From the NCBI GenBank assembly GCA_035512495.1, contig DATKDW010000062.1, positions 50,957 to 114,956 on the forward strand: a DNA stretch of 64,000 nt, written 5' to 3'. Below the pieces are notes generated by a model. That model ran no database searches. It had not been told where the DNA came from and was given only the letters and a program-made list of their open reading frames with translations. Positions within the stretch are counted from its first letter, which is position 1. Each line of letters opens with the position of its first letter. Source of the stretch: Acidimicrobiales bacterium. Lineage in GTDB: Bacteria; Actinomycetota; Acidimicrobiia; Acidimicrobiales; CADCSY01. The translations under genes were made by a program, and so were the position numbers. Below, piece after piece: positions 18,262-29,043 of the stretch.

Positions 18262-19392
18262 GTGGGCCGTCTCGTCGCCGTCGTCGCCGAGGGCACGCCG
18301 TCCTTCGTCGAGCGGCTGCGACGGGTCTGGGACGCCGGGGACGCCGTCCTGCCGCTCGACCCCCGCCTGCCTCCGCCGGCAGCCGAGATCATGCTGCGTG
18401 CCATGCGACCGGCGGCGGTCATCGGGCCCGACGGTGACGAGGTGCGCCTCGACGGCGCCGAAGCGGTGGCCGACGGTGACGCCCTCGTGGTAGCCACCAG
18501 CGGCACCACGGGCGCCCCTCGGGGCGCGGTCCTGACCCACGACGCCGTGGTCACGTCGGCGGTCGCCACCAGCGCCCGCCTCGGCGTCGATCCCGACCGG
18601 GACCGTTGGCTGGCCTGCCTGCCCCTCGCCCACGTCGGGGGGCTGTCGGTGGTGACCCGCGCCCTGGTGACCGGTACCCCGCTCGAGGTGGCGCCGAGAC
18701 CCGACCCGGTGGTGCTGGCCGGGGCCGCGGCGCGTGGCGCCACCCTCGTCTCCCTCGTCGCCACCGCGCTGGCGAGGGTCGACACGAGCGCCTACCGCGC
18801 CGTGCTCCTCGGCGGTGGCGCCCCACCCGCCGCAACGACGTCCAACGTGGTCACCACCTACGGCATGACCGAGACCGGCAGCGGCGTGGTCTACGACGGC
18901 GTACCCCTCGACGGCGTCGAGGTGCGGGTGGTCGGGGGCGAGGTGCACGTTCGGGGACCCATGCTCCTGCGCGCCTACCGCGACGGCACCGACCCGAGGG
19001 ACGCCGACGGCTGGCTGGCCACCGGCGACAGCGGCGCGCTCGGATCCGACGGCCGGCTTCACGTGGACGGCCGCCTCGGCGACGTGATCGTGACCGGTGG
19101 CGAGAAGGTGTGGCCCGACCCGGTCGAGGCCGTGCTCCGCGCCCACCGCGGGGTGGCCGACGTGGCCGTGGTGGGCCGGGATGACCCCGAGTGGGGCCAG
19201 CGGGTGGTCGCCCACGTCGTCCCCACCGATCCGGCCGACCCTCCGACCCTCGATGCCCTCCGCCAGGCCGTCAAGGCGCGACTGCCGGCCTGGTCGGCGC
19301 CCCGCGAGCTCGTCCTCGAGGCCGACCTCCCCCGGACCGCCCTCGGCAAGGTCCGCCGCCGCCAGGTCGGCGGCCGGGCTCAACCGGCCTGA
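18262..19392 (+). CDS. menE: o-succinylbenzoate-CoA ligase
   Basis: Short adenylate-forming enzyme (376 aa) with [22 protein letters not shown] and [12 protein letters not shown] start in frame within ORF 17197..19392. Divergent from menB. Confidence 0.85.
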   Translation: MGRLVAVVAEGTPSFVERLRRVWDAGDAVLPLDPRLPPPAAEIMLRAMRPAAVIGPDGDEVRLDGAEAVADGDALVVATSGTTGAPRGAVLTHDAVVTSAVATSARLGVDPDRDRWLACLPLAHVGGLSVVTRALVTGTPLEVAPRPDPVVLAGAAARGATLVSLVATALARVDTSAYRAVLLGGGAPPAATTSNVVTTYGMTETGSGVVYDGVPLDGVEVRVVGGEVHVRGPMLLRAYRDGTDPRDADGWLATGDSGALGSDGRLHVDGRLGDVIVTGGEKVWPDPVEAVLRAHRGVADVAVVGRDDPEWGQRVVAHVVPTDPADPPTLDALRQAVKARLPAWSAPRELVLEADLPRTALGKVRRRQVGGRAQPA

Positions 19393-19799
19393 GGGGTCCG
19401 CGCCAATCGCCGCATCCGGTCGGCCGTGGCGGTGCTCACCGTCGAGTCAGCACCGGCGACCAGCGACACCAGGTGGAGGGCCACGCCCACGGCGTCGCGC
19501 CGCGCCACGCGCCGCAGCACCCCGTACGCGCTGCCGTGGAAGCCGTCGTGGTGGTCGAGAAGCTCGAGGGCCCAGGGCGCAAGCCGTCGGTCGAGGTGAG
19601 CGAGGTCGTACTCGACGTCGGCCACCGGCCCCCGGACCCGGGCGGCGACGAAGGGCCGGCCGACGGCGATGGCCCGTCCCCGCCAGGCCTCGATGACCTC
19701 CTCGTCGGTCACGTCGACGACGTCGGCATCACCGTCGCCGACGACGACGACGTAGTGCTCAGCCCAGGGCGCGCCGCCGTCCACCTGCTGCTCCGCCAC
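19380..19799 (-). CDS. hypothetical protein (139 aa), no recognised domain
   Basis: G/C-ending codons. Convergent 13-nt overlap with the menE end. Confidence 0.5.
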   Translation of the reverse strand: MAEQQVDGGAPWAEHYVVVVGDGDADVVDVTDEEVIEAWRGRAIAVGRPFVAARVRGPVADVEYDLAHLDRRLAPWALELLDHHDGFHGSAYGVLRRVARRDAVGVALHLVSLVAGADSTVSTATADRMRRLARTPQAG

Positions 19800-19890
19800 C
19801 GGGGTCTGTTACCCAGCAGCGCACCTTTCACACCCCTCGGGCACACCCACACCCTCGGGCGCACCCCCGGCGTCAGGCGCACCCCCGGCG

Positions 19891-20643
19891 TCAGGCGCCG
19901 TCGGCGCGGATGAGCGATCCCCCGTCGACCACCAGCGTCTGGCCCGTCATCCACGACGAGGCGTCGCTGGCGAGGAACATGGCGGCGTTGGCGATGTCCT
20001 CCGGCTCACCCAGCCGGCCCAGGGGTGTCCGGGAGGCGATCGCCTCCTCGTGAGGCTCCCACAGGGCCCGGGCCATGTCGGTCTTGACCAGGCCCGGGGC
20101 GATGGCGTTGACCCGGGTGCGGGGGGACAGCTCCGACGCCATCTGTCGGGTCAGGTGGATGACCGCGGCCTTGGTGACGCTGTAGTAGGCGATCCCGGGG
20201 GTCACGCTCAGCCCGCCGGTGGAGGCGATGTTGATGACCACCCCTCCGTTGTCGGCCAGCCACGCCCGGTGCGCCAGCTGGGTCCAGACCAGGAGCCCGA
20301 GCTGGTTGACCTTCACCGTCTTGTCCGCCCTGGCCACGTCGATGCCCATCAGCGGACCCTGGTAGGGGTTGGTGGCGGCGTTGTTGACGAGGATGTCGAG
20401 GCCACCCAGTCGCTCGACGCAGGCCGCCACGCAGGCCTCGGCCTGGTCGGGCTCGCCGGCGTTCGCCGCGAAGACCTCGACCTCGCCGTCCATGGCGGCC
20501 GCCGCCTCCTCGAGGACCTCTTGCTTGCGCGACGAGATCATCACCCGGGCGCCGGCGGCGGCGTAGGCCGTGGCGATGGCCCTGCCGATCCCCCGCGACC
20601 CGCCCGTCACCAACGCAACCTTGCCGTCCAGTCGAAGCTCCAT
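19891..20643 (-). CDS. short-chain dehydrogenase/reductase (FabG-like)
   Basis: TGGSRGIG, NNAA and YSVTKAAV (YxxxK). Confidence 0.9.
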   Translation of the reverse strand: MELRLDGKVALVTGGSRGIGRAIATAYAAAGARVMISSRKQEVLEEAAAAMDGEVEVFAANAGEPDQAEACVAACVERLGGLDILVNNAATNPYQGPLMGIDVARADKTVKVNQLGLLVWTQLAHRAWLADNGGVVINIASTGGLSVTPGIAYYSVTKAAVIHLTRQMASELSPRTRVNAIAPGLVKTDMARALWEPHEEAIASRTPLGRLGEPEDIANAAMFLASDASSWMTGQTLVVDGGSLIRADGA

Positions 20644-20673
20644 GCCGCCGATCCTGGCAGATCGCGCCGCCGC

Positions 20674-21084
20674 TCAGAGCCGCCGACCCGTGACCGACTC
20701 CGTCACGATGCGGACCCAGTGCGCCTTCGACCCGGCAGACCAGGGACGCACGGGCAGGTCGAGCAGCGCCCGCACCGCCTCGTTCCGGAAGGAGTCGATC
20801 TCCTCCGCGCGGCCCGACACGAGGACGCTCCAACCGGTCCGCTCCTCCTCGTTCACCTCGTCGATCTGGAGCGCCACGTTGGCGCGCAGCGCCGCCGTCA
20901 GCTTCGTGCCCGGATCGGTCCGGAAGACGATCTCCTCACCGGCCACGACGTAGTTGACGGGGAAGATCAACGGCCGGCGACCGTCAACCACGCCGAGCCT
21001 GCCGACCTGGCGAGACGCCAGCAGCCGCAGGCACTCGTCCCGCTCGATGACCTCGAGGCCGGAGTGCGTGTCGCGAAGAGCCAT
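20674..21084 (-). CDS. pyridoxamine 5'-phosphate oxidase (PPOX) family flavin/F420-binding protein
   Basis: 136 aa with LSRDECLRLL-type N-terminus, GRLGVVDGRRPLIFPVNYVV and IVFRT. C-terminal part of ORF 20674..22410. Confidence 0.8.
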   Translation of the reverse strand: MALRDTHSGLEVIERDECLRLLASRQVGRLGVVDGRRPLIFPVNYVVAGEEIVFRTDPGTKLTAALRANVALQIDEVNEEERTGWSVLVSGRAEEIDSFRNEAVRALLDLPVRPWSAGSKAHWVRIVTESVTGRRL

Positions 21085-21202
21085 GGGCCCATCCTGGGGT
21101 GCGGGGCGACCGGGGCCACAGGGCCGAAGGTCCCCGATGGCGGTGACCGAAGCCCCGCGAGGACCACGCGACCGCCGGACGGGCGGTCCCGCCCGCGCTT
21201 GC

Positions 21203-21814
21203 TCACCAGCCGCCGCGGTGGACCACCTCGTCGAGCGGGCGGCGGGGCCGCCCCGCCGAGCGCCCCACCTCGTCGGGTGCGGGGTGGCCGAGGGCGATGG
21301 TCCCGAGGGCGCGACGGTCGTCAGGCACACCGAGCAGGGCACGCACGGCCGGTTCGTGGTCGAACTGGCCGAACAGGCAAGCCCCGAGGCCCTCATCGAC
21401 GGCGGCGAGGAGCAGCAGCTGCACCGCCATCCCGCCGTCGACCCACCAATAGGGCACGCTCCATGCCGACTCGTGGCCGAGGCCCGAGGGCGCCTTGTCG
21501 TCCTCGGCGTAGCGCTCGGCCCACGCCGACGGCCGGACGTACGGGACGACCAGCACGGGCGCGTGCACGAGGCCCTGCCACGTGAACGCCGCCCGCCTGC
21601 CGGGATCGGGCATGGTCGTCTCCCAGTAGCGGGCGACCGGCCCGTGACCTTCGAGCACCACCAGGTCGAGCCCCTGGGTGTTTCCCGCCGAGGGTGCGCG
21701 GCGGGCAGCAGCGAGCACTCGCTCCAGCGCCGGCGCCGGCACCGGCCGGCCGTCGAACGCACGCACCATCCGGCGTCGCCGGACCACCTCAGCGTGCTCC
21801 ACTCGTCCCCCCAC
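21203..21814 (-). CDS. nitroreductase family protein
   Basis: RRRRMVRAFDGRPV, APSAGNTQG and a C-terminal GxxxLG region. Start uncertain (GTG 21814 or 21802). Confidence 0.75.
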   Translation of the reverse strand: MGGRVEHAEVVRRRRMVRAFDGRPVPAPALERVLAAARRAPSAGNTQGLDLVVLEGHGPVARYWETTMPDPGRRAAFTWQGLVHAPVLVVPYVRPSAWAERYAEDDKAPSGLGHESAWSVPYWWVDGGMAVQLLLLAAVDEGLGACLFGQFDHEPAVRALLGVPDDRRALGTIALGHPAPDEVGRSAGRPRRPLDEVVHRGGW

Positions 21815-21863
21815 CAGCCGGCTCCAGGCCGAGCACCGCCGCCAGCGCCGAGCGGCGCTCCAC

Positions 21864-22538
21864 TCAGGCGAGCTTGGCCAGATCCTCGGCCATGGCCCAG
21901 CCGAAGGCGATGAGGGCGTCGCCCTGCTCCGGGTCGAGCTCGGAGAAGAGGGCCCGGACCTCGGGGGCGATGGCATCGGAGGTGAGCGACTCGTGGTCGA
22001 GCACGCACGGGGGGTTCCCATCGCCCACCGCCACGAAGGCGCGGTCGTCGTAGTCGTTGTCGACGCCGAAGCGCTTGGCCAGGCGACGGCCCCAGGCTCG
22101 CTCCTCGCCCGTGGCCTTGTGGCCCGGCCGGGGCACGATGTCCTCGAGCTCGAGGAACGAGGTGAACGCCTCGAACCCGGACGGGTCGACGAACCGGGTG
22201 CCGACGAGCACGTCCTCGTCGGGGAAGGCCAGGACGGCCCGACGCAGCTGGTCGGCCATCATCGCCTTGAGCACCTCGGAGCGCTTCTGCGTCCGCTTCA
22301 CGGTGGCCAGCCCGATCAGGACCGACGGCGTGCCCCCGATTCGTTCGAGGGTGCAGAACGAGAAGCCCTGGAGGGCCGCCTTGTTGTGCGCCTGGGTGAC
22401 GAGCACCCATTCGTCGCGCTGCTTGGAGAGCAGCCCGATGTCGTACTTGGCGGGCCCGTCGGCGCAGATGTCGCCGAGCTCGCTCAGCTCAGCGTCACTG
22501 AGCGCCGTGCAGTCCTTGGTGTCGACGTCGATCGCCAT
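21864..22538 (-). CDS. hypothetical protein (224 aa), no recognised domain
   Basis: Start taken at MAIDVDTKD (Met54 of ORF 21864..22697). Good codon bias. First gene of the minus-strand string ending at 19380. Confidence 0.55.
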   Translation of the reverse strand: MAIDVDTKDCTALSDAELSELGDICADGPAKYDIGLLSKQRDEWVLVTQAHNKAALQGFSFCTLERIGGTPSVLIGLATVKRTQKRSEVLKAMMADQLRRAVLAFPDEDVLVGTRFVDPSGFEAFTSFLELEDIVPRPGHKATGEERAWGRRLAKRFGVDNDYDDRAFVAVGDGNPPCVLDHESLTSDAIAPEVRALFSELDPEQGDALIAFGWAMAEDLAKLA

Positions 22539-22738
22539 GGGTGTGTCATCGCCCCCGTTTCGAGCCAGGTTCTGCGCACAAGTCCATCGTCTCCGTGCGC
22601 CCGGCGCAAGTTCGGTGCCGCTGGTGACAGCGCCGTCAGTGTGGTAAGGGACCCCCGCGACCTCACCGAGCGGACCGAAGGCCGGTGCATGCCGCAAACC
22701 CGCCGAAGACGGGCGAAGGCTCCAGGTACCCTCGGGCG

Positions 22739-24625
22739 ATGGCCACCTCCCCGCAGCTGGGCGCGGGCATCGTCACCCTGGCGCGGCTCCTGCCCGCCAT
22801 CAGCCGGCCGATCACGGCGTCGCTCGTCGTGACCGGCATCGCGTCGGCTGCCCTCGCCGCCCTCGCCACCGTCGTGGGCGGTCAGGTCGTCGGAGCGCTG
22901 CCGGCGGCGGTCGAGGGCGGCGCAGCCTCGCCGGCCGGGCGGCACTTCACCATCCTGCTCGGCGCCCTGGGTCTCGTCCTCCTCTTCGCCTACGTCGCCG
23001 GCCAGCTGCTGGGCGTGCTCGGTGGCATGGTCGCCCGCCGCGTCGACGGGACCCTCCGGACACGGGTGCTCCGGGCATGCCTCCGCCCGGCCGGCCTCGA
23101 CCACCTCCACGACACCGAGGTCCAGAGCGCCCTCGCCCTGGCCCGCGATCTCTCCCCCGCGGGCATGTCACCCGGTGCCGCGGCCTCCGGCCTCACCCCG
23201 GCAGTGAGCGTCCGGCTCACCTCCCTCCTCGAGGCAGGGGTCCTGGTCGCGCTGGGGCTGTGGTGGGTGGCCCTTCCCTTGGTCGGCGCCCGGCTCGTCC
23301 TCGAGGTCGGCCTCATGCGGCTGTTCTTCGAGAACCTGCGCGGGGTGACCACCGCCGGGCTCGACTTCCGCCGCATCACCTGGTTCCGCGACCTCGCCTC
23401 CACGGCGCCTGCCGCCAAGGAGGTCCGGGTGTTCGGCTGGGGGCGCTGGATCGCCGACCGCAACCGCCGGGCCTTCGACGCCACCATGGCGCCGACCTGG
23501 GCAGCCCGGCGGCGCAACGGGAGCCGGATCCTCGGCGTCTCGGGCACCGTGGGGATCGCACAGCTCGGGGGGCTCACCGCCGTCGCCATCGCCGCCCTCA
23601 GCGGTGGCCTCGATCTCGGTGCCTTCGTGGTGGCCGTGGGCGCCGTGCACGGCGTCCTCAGCATCCAGGCCAGCGACGCCGAGATCTCGATCGCCTACGG
23701 GGCGGCCGCGGTGCCGGCGGTGCTGCGGCTCGAGCAGGTCACCGCCGAGGAGCGCTTCGCCACACCCGGCACGGCGCCGGCCGACGGGATGCCGGCGAGC
23801 GAGATCCGCTTCGAAGGCGTCCGCTTCGCCTACCCCGGCGGCGAGGCGGTCCTCGACGGTCTCGACCTCACCATCCCCGCCGGCCAGCGCCTGGCCGTTG
23901 TCGGGCTCAACGGCGCCGGCAAGACGACCCTGATCAAGCTGCTGTGCCGGCTGCACGAGCCCGACGAAGGTCGCATCACGGTCGACGGGGTCGACCTCGC
24001 CGAGCTCGACCCTGGGGCCTGGCGCGCCCAGGTGGGCGTGCTCTTCCAGGACTTCCTCCGCTACCAGCTGCCGGCGCGCGACAACGTCGCGTTCGGCGCG
24101 GTCGACCTCCGGGTGGGCGAGGCCGAGCTCGACGCCCTCGCCGCCCGGGTGGGGGCCACCGAGGTCCTGGCCCGCCTCGACGACGGGTGGGACACACCGC
24201 TGTCGAGCACCCTCACCGGCGGCACCGACCTCTCCGGTGGGCAATGGCAGCGCATCGCCCTTGCCCGGGCCATGCTGGCCGTCGACGCCGGCGCGCGGGT
24301 CCTGGTGCTCGACGAGCCGACCGCCAACCTCGACGTACGGGCCGAAGCCGACCTGTACGAGCGCTTCCTGGAGCTCACGGCCCAGGGTCGCGACGGCGCA
24401 CCGCTGACGTCGGTGGTGATCTCGCACCGCTTCTCGACCGTGCGGCGGGCCGACCGCATCGTCGTGCTCGACGGCGGTCGGGTCGTCGAGGACGGGCCCC
24501 ACGACGAGCTCGTCGCCCTCGGCGGCCGGTACGCCCAGCTCTTCGCCCTCCAGGCCGCCCGCTTCGCCGACGAGGACGCTCCGGACGTTTCGGACGACGA
24601 GCTGCCGGAGCCCGCCGGTGCCTGA
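22739..24625 (+). CDS. ABC exporter, fused permease/ATPase (half transporter 1)
   Basis: N-terminal 6-TM domain, Walker A GLNGAGKTT, signature LSGGQWQRIALARA, Walker B VLVLDEPTANLD and an H-loop. Confidence 0.9.
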   Translation: MATSPQLGAGIVTLARLLPAISRPITASLVVTGIASAALAALATVVGGQVVGALPAAVEGGAASPAGRHFTILLGALGLVLLFAYVAGQLLGVLGGMVARRVDGTLRTRVLRACLRPAGLDHLHDTEVQSALALARDLSPAGMSPGAAASGLTPAVSVRLTSLLEAGVLVALGLWWVALPLVGARLVLEVGLMRLFFENLRGVTTAGLDFRRITWFRDLASTAPAAKEVRVFGWGRWIADRNRRAFDATMAPTWAARRRNGSRILGVSGTVGIAQLGGLTAVAIAALSGGLDLGAFVVAVGAVHGVLSIQASDAEISIAYGAAAVPAVLRLEQVTAEERFATPGTAPADGMPASEIRFEGVRFAYPGGEAVLDGLDLTIPAGQRLAVVGLNGAGKTTLIKLLCRLHEPDEGRITVDGVDLAELDPGAWRAQVGVLFQDFLRYQLPARDNVAFGAVDLRVGEAELDALAARVGATEVLARLDDGWDTPLSSTLTGGTDLSGGQWQRIALARAMLAVDAGARVLVLDEPTANLDVRAEADLYERFLELTAQGRDGAPLTSVVISHRFSTVRRADRIVVLDGGRVVEDGPHDELVALGGRYAQLFALQAARFADEDAPDVSDDELPEPAGA

Positions 24626-26429
24626 CACCGCCACCGCCGACCAGCGTGGCGGCGCCCGAACGGCCGCACGGAGCATGTGGCTGCTCGCCAGCATGGCGTT
24701 CCGCGCCGACCCGCTGCGCGCCGCTCTCGTCATCGTCCCGGTGTCCGCAGCCACCACGGGGATCTCCGCTGTCGTCGGCCGGGCGCTCGTCGACGCCGTC
24801 ACCGCCGCCGACCGCACCAGCGCCCTCACCTGGATCGCGGCCGGAGCCCTCGCCGCCTTCGTCCACATCAGCCTGCTCCTGGGCCGCTTCGCCCTCGACA
24901 TGCGGCTGCGGGAGCGCCTCTCGCTCGAGGTCGACCAGCGCATCATCGACGCCTGCGCCCGCATCCCGACCATCGACCACTTCGAGCGGCCCGACCACGC
25001 CGATCGCATCGAGCTGCTCCGCACCGAGCGACAGGGACTCATGAACGGGGTGCCCGCCCTCGCCTACGCGATCACCGCCGTCGCCGAGCTGGCGATCACC
25101 GTCGGCCTCCTCATGTGGGTCCACCCGGGCACCGTGGCGGCGGTGGCCCTCGGGGTGCCGGCGGTGTGGCTCGCCGCTCGGAGCCAGCACGCGGTCGAGG
25201 CGGTCCACGAGGCCACCGCCGAGGACGAACGGCGCGCCCTGCACCTCTACGACCTCGCCACCGGCGACGCCGGGGCCAAGGAGCTGCGCGTCTTCGGCCT
25301 CGCCGGCGAGCTCGAGCAGCGGTACCGCCACCTCTGGCGGTCGGTCGAGCGACGCCGGACGCGGGCCGCCGCGATCGCCGCCGTCCAGCGGGCCGGCGGC
25401 TTCGCCCTCTTCATCGTCGGCTTCCTCGTGGCTGTCGGGCTCGTCGCACGCAACGCGGTCGCCGGCGAGGCCACCCCTGGCGACCTCTACCTGGCGATCC
25501 TCCTCACCACCCGCCTGACCGGCCAGCTGCAACAGGCGGCGGGGATGGCGATCTGGCTCGCCAGCGTGCTCCGGGGCGCCGGGCGCCTCCTCTGGCTGGT
25601 CGACCTCGCCGACGCCGCGGAGGCCGCGGCACCCGGTGACCGCCCGGTGCCCGACCAGCTGTCCGACGGGATACGCCTCGATGGGATCTCCTTCGCCTAC
25701 GGCGACGACGCGCCGGCACTCGACGGGGTCGACCTCCACCTCCCCGCCGGCGCGGTCGTCGCCGTCGTGGGCGACAACGGCGCCGGGAAGACGACGCTCG
25801 TGAAGCTCCTGTGCGGGCTGTACCGGCCCACCGGGGGGCGGATCCTCGTCGACGGCGCCGACCTGGCCCGGGTGCCCCCCCAGCAGTGGCTCGAGCGGGT
25901 CTCCGCCGGCTTCCAGGACCACGCCCGCCTCGAGCTCGTCGCCCACGAGGTGGTCGGCGTCGGCGACCTCGACCGGCTCGGCGACCTCGAGGCCGCCGGG
26001 GCGGCCCTCGACCGCGCCGCCGGCAGCGACGTGCTCCAGTCGCTCGCCGACGGCTTCGAGACACCGCTGGGCGCCACGCTCGACGGCACCGACCTCTCCG
26101 GGGGCCAGTGGCAGAAGCTCGCCCTCGGTCGGGCCATGATGCGCCAGCGGCCGCTCCTGCTGGTGCTCGACGAACCGACGAGCGCCCTCGACGCCGAGAC
26201 CGAGCACATGCTCTTCGAGCGCTACGCCGAGGCCGCCTCGGGGGCTGCCCGCAACACGGGGGCCATCACCGTGCTGATCTCGCACCGATTCTCGACCGTG
26301 CGCATGGCCGACCTCATCGTGGTGCTGGGGTCGGGACGGGTGCAGGAGGTCGGCCGCCACGCCGACCTGCTCGCCGCCGGCGGCACCTACGCCGAGCTGT
26401 ACGAGCTCCAGGCCGCGGCCTACCGCTGA
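24618..26429 (+). CDS. ABC exporter, fused permease/ATPase (half transporter 2)
   Basis: GDNGAGKTT, LSGGQWQKLALGRA and LLVLDEPTSALD. 8-nt overlap with the upstream partner suggests a heterodimer. Confidence 0.9.
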   Translation: MPDTATADQRGGARTAARSMWLLASMAFRADPLRAALVIVPVSAATTGISAVVGRALVDAVTAADRTSALTWIAAGALAAFVHISLLLGRFALDMRLRERLSLEVDQRIIDACARIPTIDHFERPDHADRIELLRTERQGLMNGVPALAYAITAVAELAITVGLLMWVHPGTVAAVALGVPAVWLAARSQHAVEAVHEATAEDERRALHLYDLATGDAGAKELRVFGLAGELEQRYRHLWRSVERRRTRAAAIAAVQRAGGFALFIVGFLVAVGLVARNAVAGEATPGDLYLAILLTTRLTGQLQQAAGMAIWLASVLRGAGRLLWLVDLADAAEAAAPGDRPVPDQLSDGIRLDGISFAYGDDAPALDGVDLHLPAGAVVAVVGDNGAGKTTLVKLLCGLYRPTGGRILVDGADLARVPPQQWLERVSAGFQDHARLELVAHEVVGVGDLDRLGDLEAAGAALDRAAGSDVLQSLADGFETPLGATLDGTDLSGGQWQKLALGRAMMRQRPLLLVLDEPTSALDAETEHMLFERYAEAASGAARNTGAITVLISHRFSTVRMADLIVVLGSGRVQEVGRHADLLAAGGTYAELYELQAAAYR

Positions 26430-26445
26430 GGCCGCGGTCGGAGCC

Positions 26446-29043
26446 TCAGGCGGGGGCGGCCACCTTGAAGCACTCGCGAAGGGCCCCGGCAGCTCTTGCC
26501 CGGAGCGACGCTCCGGAGAGGACGACGTCGACCATGGTGTGCGAGGTGTGGGTGTGCCCGCGCCCGGAGATGTGGCGGGTCTGGACTCCCGCGGCCTCGA
26601 GTGCATCCGCGTACGCACGCCCCTCGTCACGAAGGGGGTCGAACTCGCACGTCACGATCACCGCCGGAGGGAGGCCGCTGAGATCGCCCGCGCGCAGCGG
26701 TGCCACCCGGGGGTCTTGGCGGTCGCCGTCGCCCACGTAGTGGTCCCAGAACCACTCCATGATGGCCGTGGTGAGCACGTAGCCCTCGGCGTTCTCCTCG
26801 TAGGAAGGGCGCGTCAGGTCGCCGTCGGTGACCGGGTTGAGGAGGAGCTGGGCGACGATGTCGGGGCCGTCCTCGTCACGCGCCATCCGGCACGCCACGG
26901 CGGCCAGGTTGCCCCCGGCGCTCCAGCCGGCGACCGCCAGCTGGCCAGGGATGCCCCCCAGCTCGATGGCGTTGGCGGCGATCCACCGGACTGCGGCAAA
27001 GGCGTCCTCGGCCGCGGCCGGGAAAGGGTGCTCGGGGGCGTGGCGGTAGTCCACCGAGACGATCACCGCCCCTGTTCGCACGCACAGGTCGCGGCACAGG
27101 GGGTCGTCGGACTCGTGGCTGCCGAGGACCCAGCCGCCCCCGTGGAAGTAGGCGATGAGCGGGTGGGGCCCGTCGCCCTCGGGCCGGTACAGCCGGTACC
27201 GGAGGTCGCCGGCGGGGCCGGGCAGCACGCCGTCGACGATCTCGGCGACGTCCGGGCCGGGTGGCCGGGCGGCCGAGACGACCTCCATGAACGCCCGGGC
27301 GTCCGGGGGCGACATCGACTCGATCGGCGGCAGCTCGAGGCTCGCCATCAGGTCGAGAACCATGGCGACGTCGGGTTGCAGGCGGCGGACCACGCCGTCG
27401 TTGCAGTGGGTGCCCTCCGGCCCCTCGAGCCGAAGCCCGAGGTGGTCCTGCTCGAGGACCTGCTCACAGGTGGCCCGGTAGACGTCGACGCCACCGATGT
27501 AGGGAAGGAACACCCGAGGCTTGCCCGGCACGTTGGCGCCCATGTACCACGAGTTGGCCGTGGGGTAGAGCGTGATGTCGGCGCAGTCGTTGACGTGGCG
27601 GACCCAGCCCGCCTCCGCCGTGGGGGTGGGCTCGATGGTCTCGAAGCCCCGCTCGCGCAGGTCGACGAGGCACTCGGCGACCCAGTCGACGTGCTGCTCG
27701 ATGGACACCGCCATGTTCGACAGCACCGAGGGGCTGCCCGGCCCGGTGATGGTGAACAGGTTCGGGAACCCCACCGTCATCAGCCCCAGGTAGGTGGTGG
27801 GACCGTGAGCCCACTTCTCCTTCAGCGTGAGTCCGTCACGACCGGTGATGTCGACGGCCACGACCGCGCCGGTCATGGCGTCGAAGCCGGTGGCGAAGAC
27901 GATCGTGTCGAGCTCGACGGTGCCCTCGACCGTCTCGATGCCGGTCTCGGTGATGGTGGTGATGGGCTGGCGGCGCAGGTCGACCAACCGGACGTGCGGG
28001 AGGTTGTAGGTCTCGAAGTAGCCGGTGTCGAGGCAGGGCCGCTTGGTGCCGAAGGGGTGGTCGGTGGGGCAGAGCGCCTCGGCGGTGGCAGGCTCGCGCA
28101 CCACGGAGCGGATCTTCTCCCGGATCATCTCGGCCACGACCTCGTTGGCCTCCGGGTTGACCATCTGGTCGGCGAAGACGCTCAGGATCTCGAACAGCTC
28201 CCCGGCGCTCCACGCCGCCTCGAACCGGGCGCGCTGCTCCTCCTCGGAGCACATCGCCGCGGTGACCTGCGGCGGCTCGATGGGCACGCCGCCCCGCGAC
28301 CGCTTCGCCGCCTCGCGGTACGCCTCCCGGTCGACCTCGAGGGCGGCGACAGCCTCGGCAGGCGGTGGCCCGTTGTGGGCGGGGATGGAGAAGTTGGGGG
28401 TGCGCTGGAACACGGTGAGCTGCGCCGCCTGTTCGGCGATGAGCGGGATGGACTGGATGCCCGACGAGCCGGTGCCGATCACCGCCACCCGCTTCCCGGT
28501 GAGGTCGATGCCCTCGTGGGGCCAGCGGCTTGTGTGGAGGACCTCGCCGCGGAAGCGGTCGACACCCTCGATGTCGATGGTCTTGGGCATCGAGAGGCAG
28601 CCGGTGGCCATCACGTAAAAGCGGCAGGTCACCTCGGTGCCGCGGTCGGTCCGCAGACACCACACGGAGGACGACTCGTCCCACGCCGCGGACTCGACGC
28701 GCGTGCCGAGCTCGATGTCGCGGCGGAGGTCGTACCGGTCGGCGACGTGCTGCAGGTAGCGGAGGATCTCAGGTTGGGTGGCGTACTTCTCGGACCAGGT
28801 CCAGTCGTCCTCGAGCTCCGGGTCGAAGCTGTAGGTGTAGTCGGTGGTGGGGATGTCGCACCGGGCGCCCGGGTAGCGGTTCCAGTACCAGGTCCCGCCG
28901 ACGTCGTCGGCGGCCTCGAGCACCCGCGCCGAGAACCCCAGGGCCCGCAGGCGGTGGAGCAGGTAGAGACCGGAGAACCCGGCGCCCACCACCACCACGT
29001 CGACGTCGGGACCGTTGCCCGCTGCACCCGTGCCTGCCGCCAT
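26446..29043 (-). CDS. Baeyer-Villiger flavin monooxygenase fused to a C-terminal HSL-family alpha/beta esterase
   Basis: N-terminal part has [25 protein letters not shown], the BVMO fingerprint [12 protein letters not shown] and VIGTGSSG. C-terminal ~300 aa has HGGGW (oxyanion hole) and GWSAGG (GxSxG). One uninterrupted frame. Start is 29043 or 29097. Confidence 0.88.
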   Translation of the reverse strand: MAAGTGAAGNGPDVDVVVVGAGFSGLYLLHRLRALGFSARVLEAADDVGGTWYWNRYPGARCDIPTTDYTYSFDPELEDDWTWSEKYATQPEILRYLQHVADRYDLRRDIELGTRVESAAWDESSSVWCLRTDRGTEVTCRFYVMATGCLSMPKTIDIEGVDRFRGEVLHTSRWPHEGIDLTGKRVAVIGTGSSGIQSIPLIAEQAAQLTVFQRTPNFSIPAHNGPPPAEAVAALEVDREAYREAAKRSRGGVPIEPPQVTAAMCSEEEQRARFEAAWSAGELFEILSVFADQMVNPEANEVVAEMIREKIRSVVREPATAEALCPTDHPFGTKRPCLDTGYFETYNLPHVRLVDLRRQPITTITETGIETVEGTVELDTIVFATGFDAMTGAVVAVDITGRDGLTLKEKWAHGPTTYLGLMTVGFPNLFTITGPGSPSVLSNMAVSIEQHVDWVAECLVDLRERGFETIEPTPTAEAGWVRHVNDCADITLYPTANSWYMGANVPGKPRVFLPYIGGVDVYRATCEQVLEQDHLGLRLEGPEGTHCNDGVVRRLQPDVAMVLDLMASLELPPIESMSPPDARAFMEVVSAARPPGPDVAEIVDGVLPGPAGDLRYRLYRPEGDGPHPLIAYFHGGGWVLGSHESDDPLCRDLCVRTGAVIVSVDYRHAPEHPFPAAAEDAFAAVRWIAANAIELGGIPGQLAVAGWSAGGNLAAVACRMARDEDGPDIVAQLLLNPVTDGDLTRPSYEENAEGYVLTTAIMEWFWDHYVGDGDRQDPRVAPLRAGDLSGLPPAVIVTCEFDPLRDEGRAYADALEAAGVQTRHISGRGHTHTSHTMVDVVLSGASLRARAAGALRECFKVAAPA

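Noticed and set aside
23168-26630. 624-aa and 751-aa minus-strand ORFs (23168..25042 and 24375..26630)
   Set aside because: They are antisense to the two ABC transporter genes, whose Walker A/B and signature motifs are clear. The minus-strand frames are compositional artefacts.
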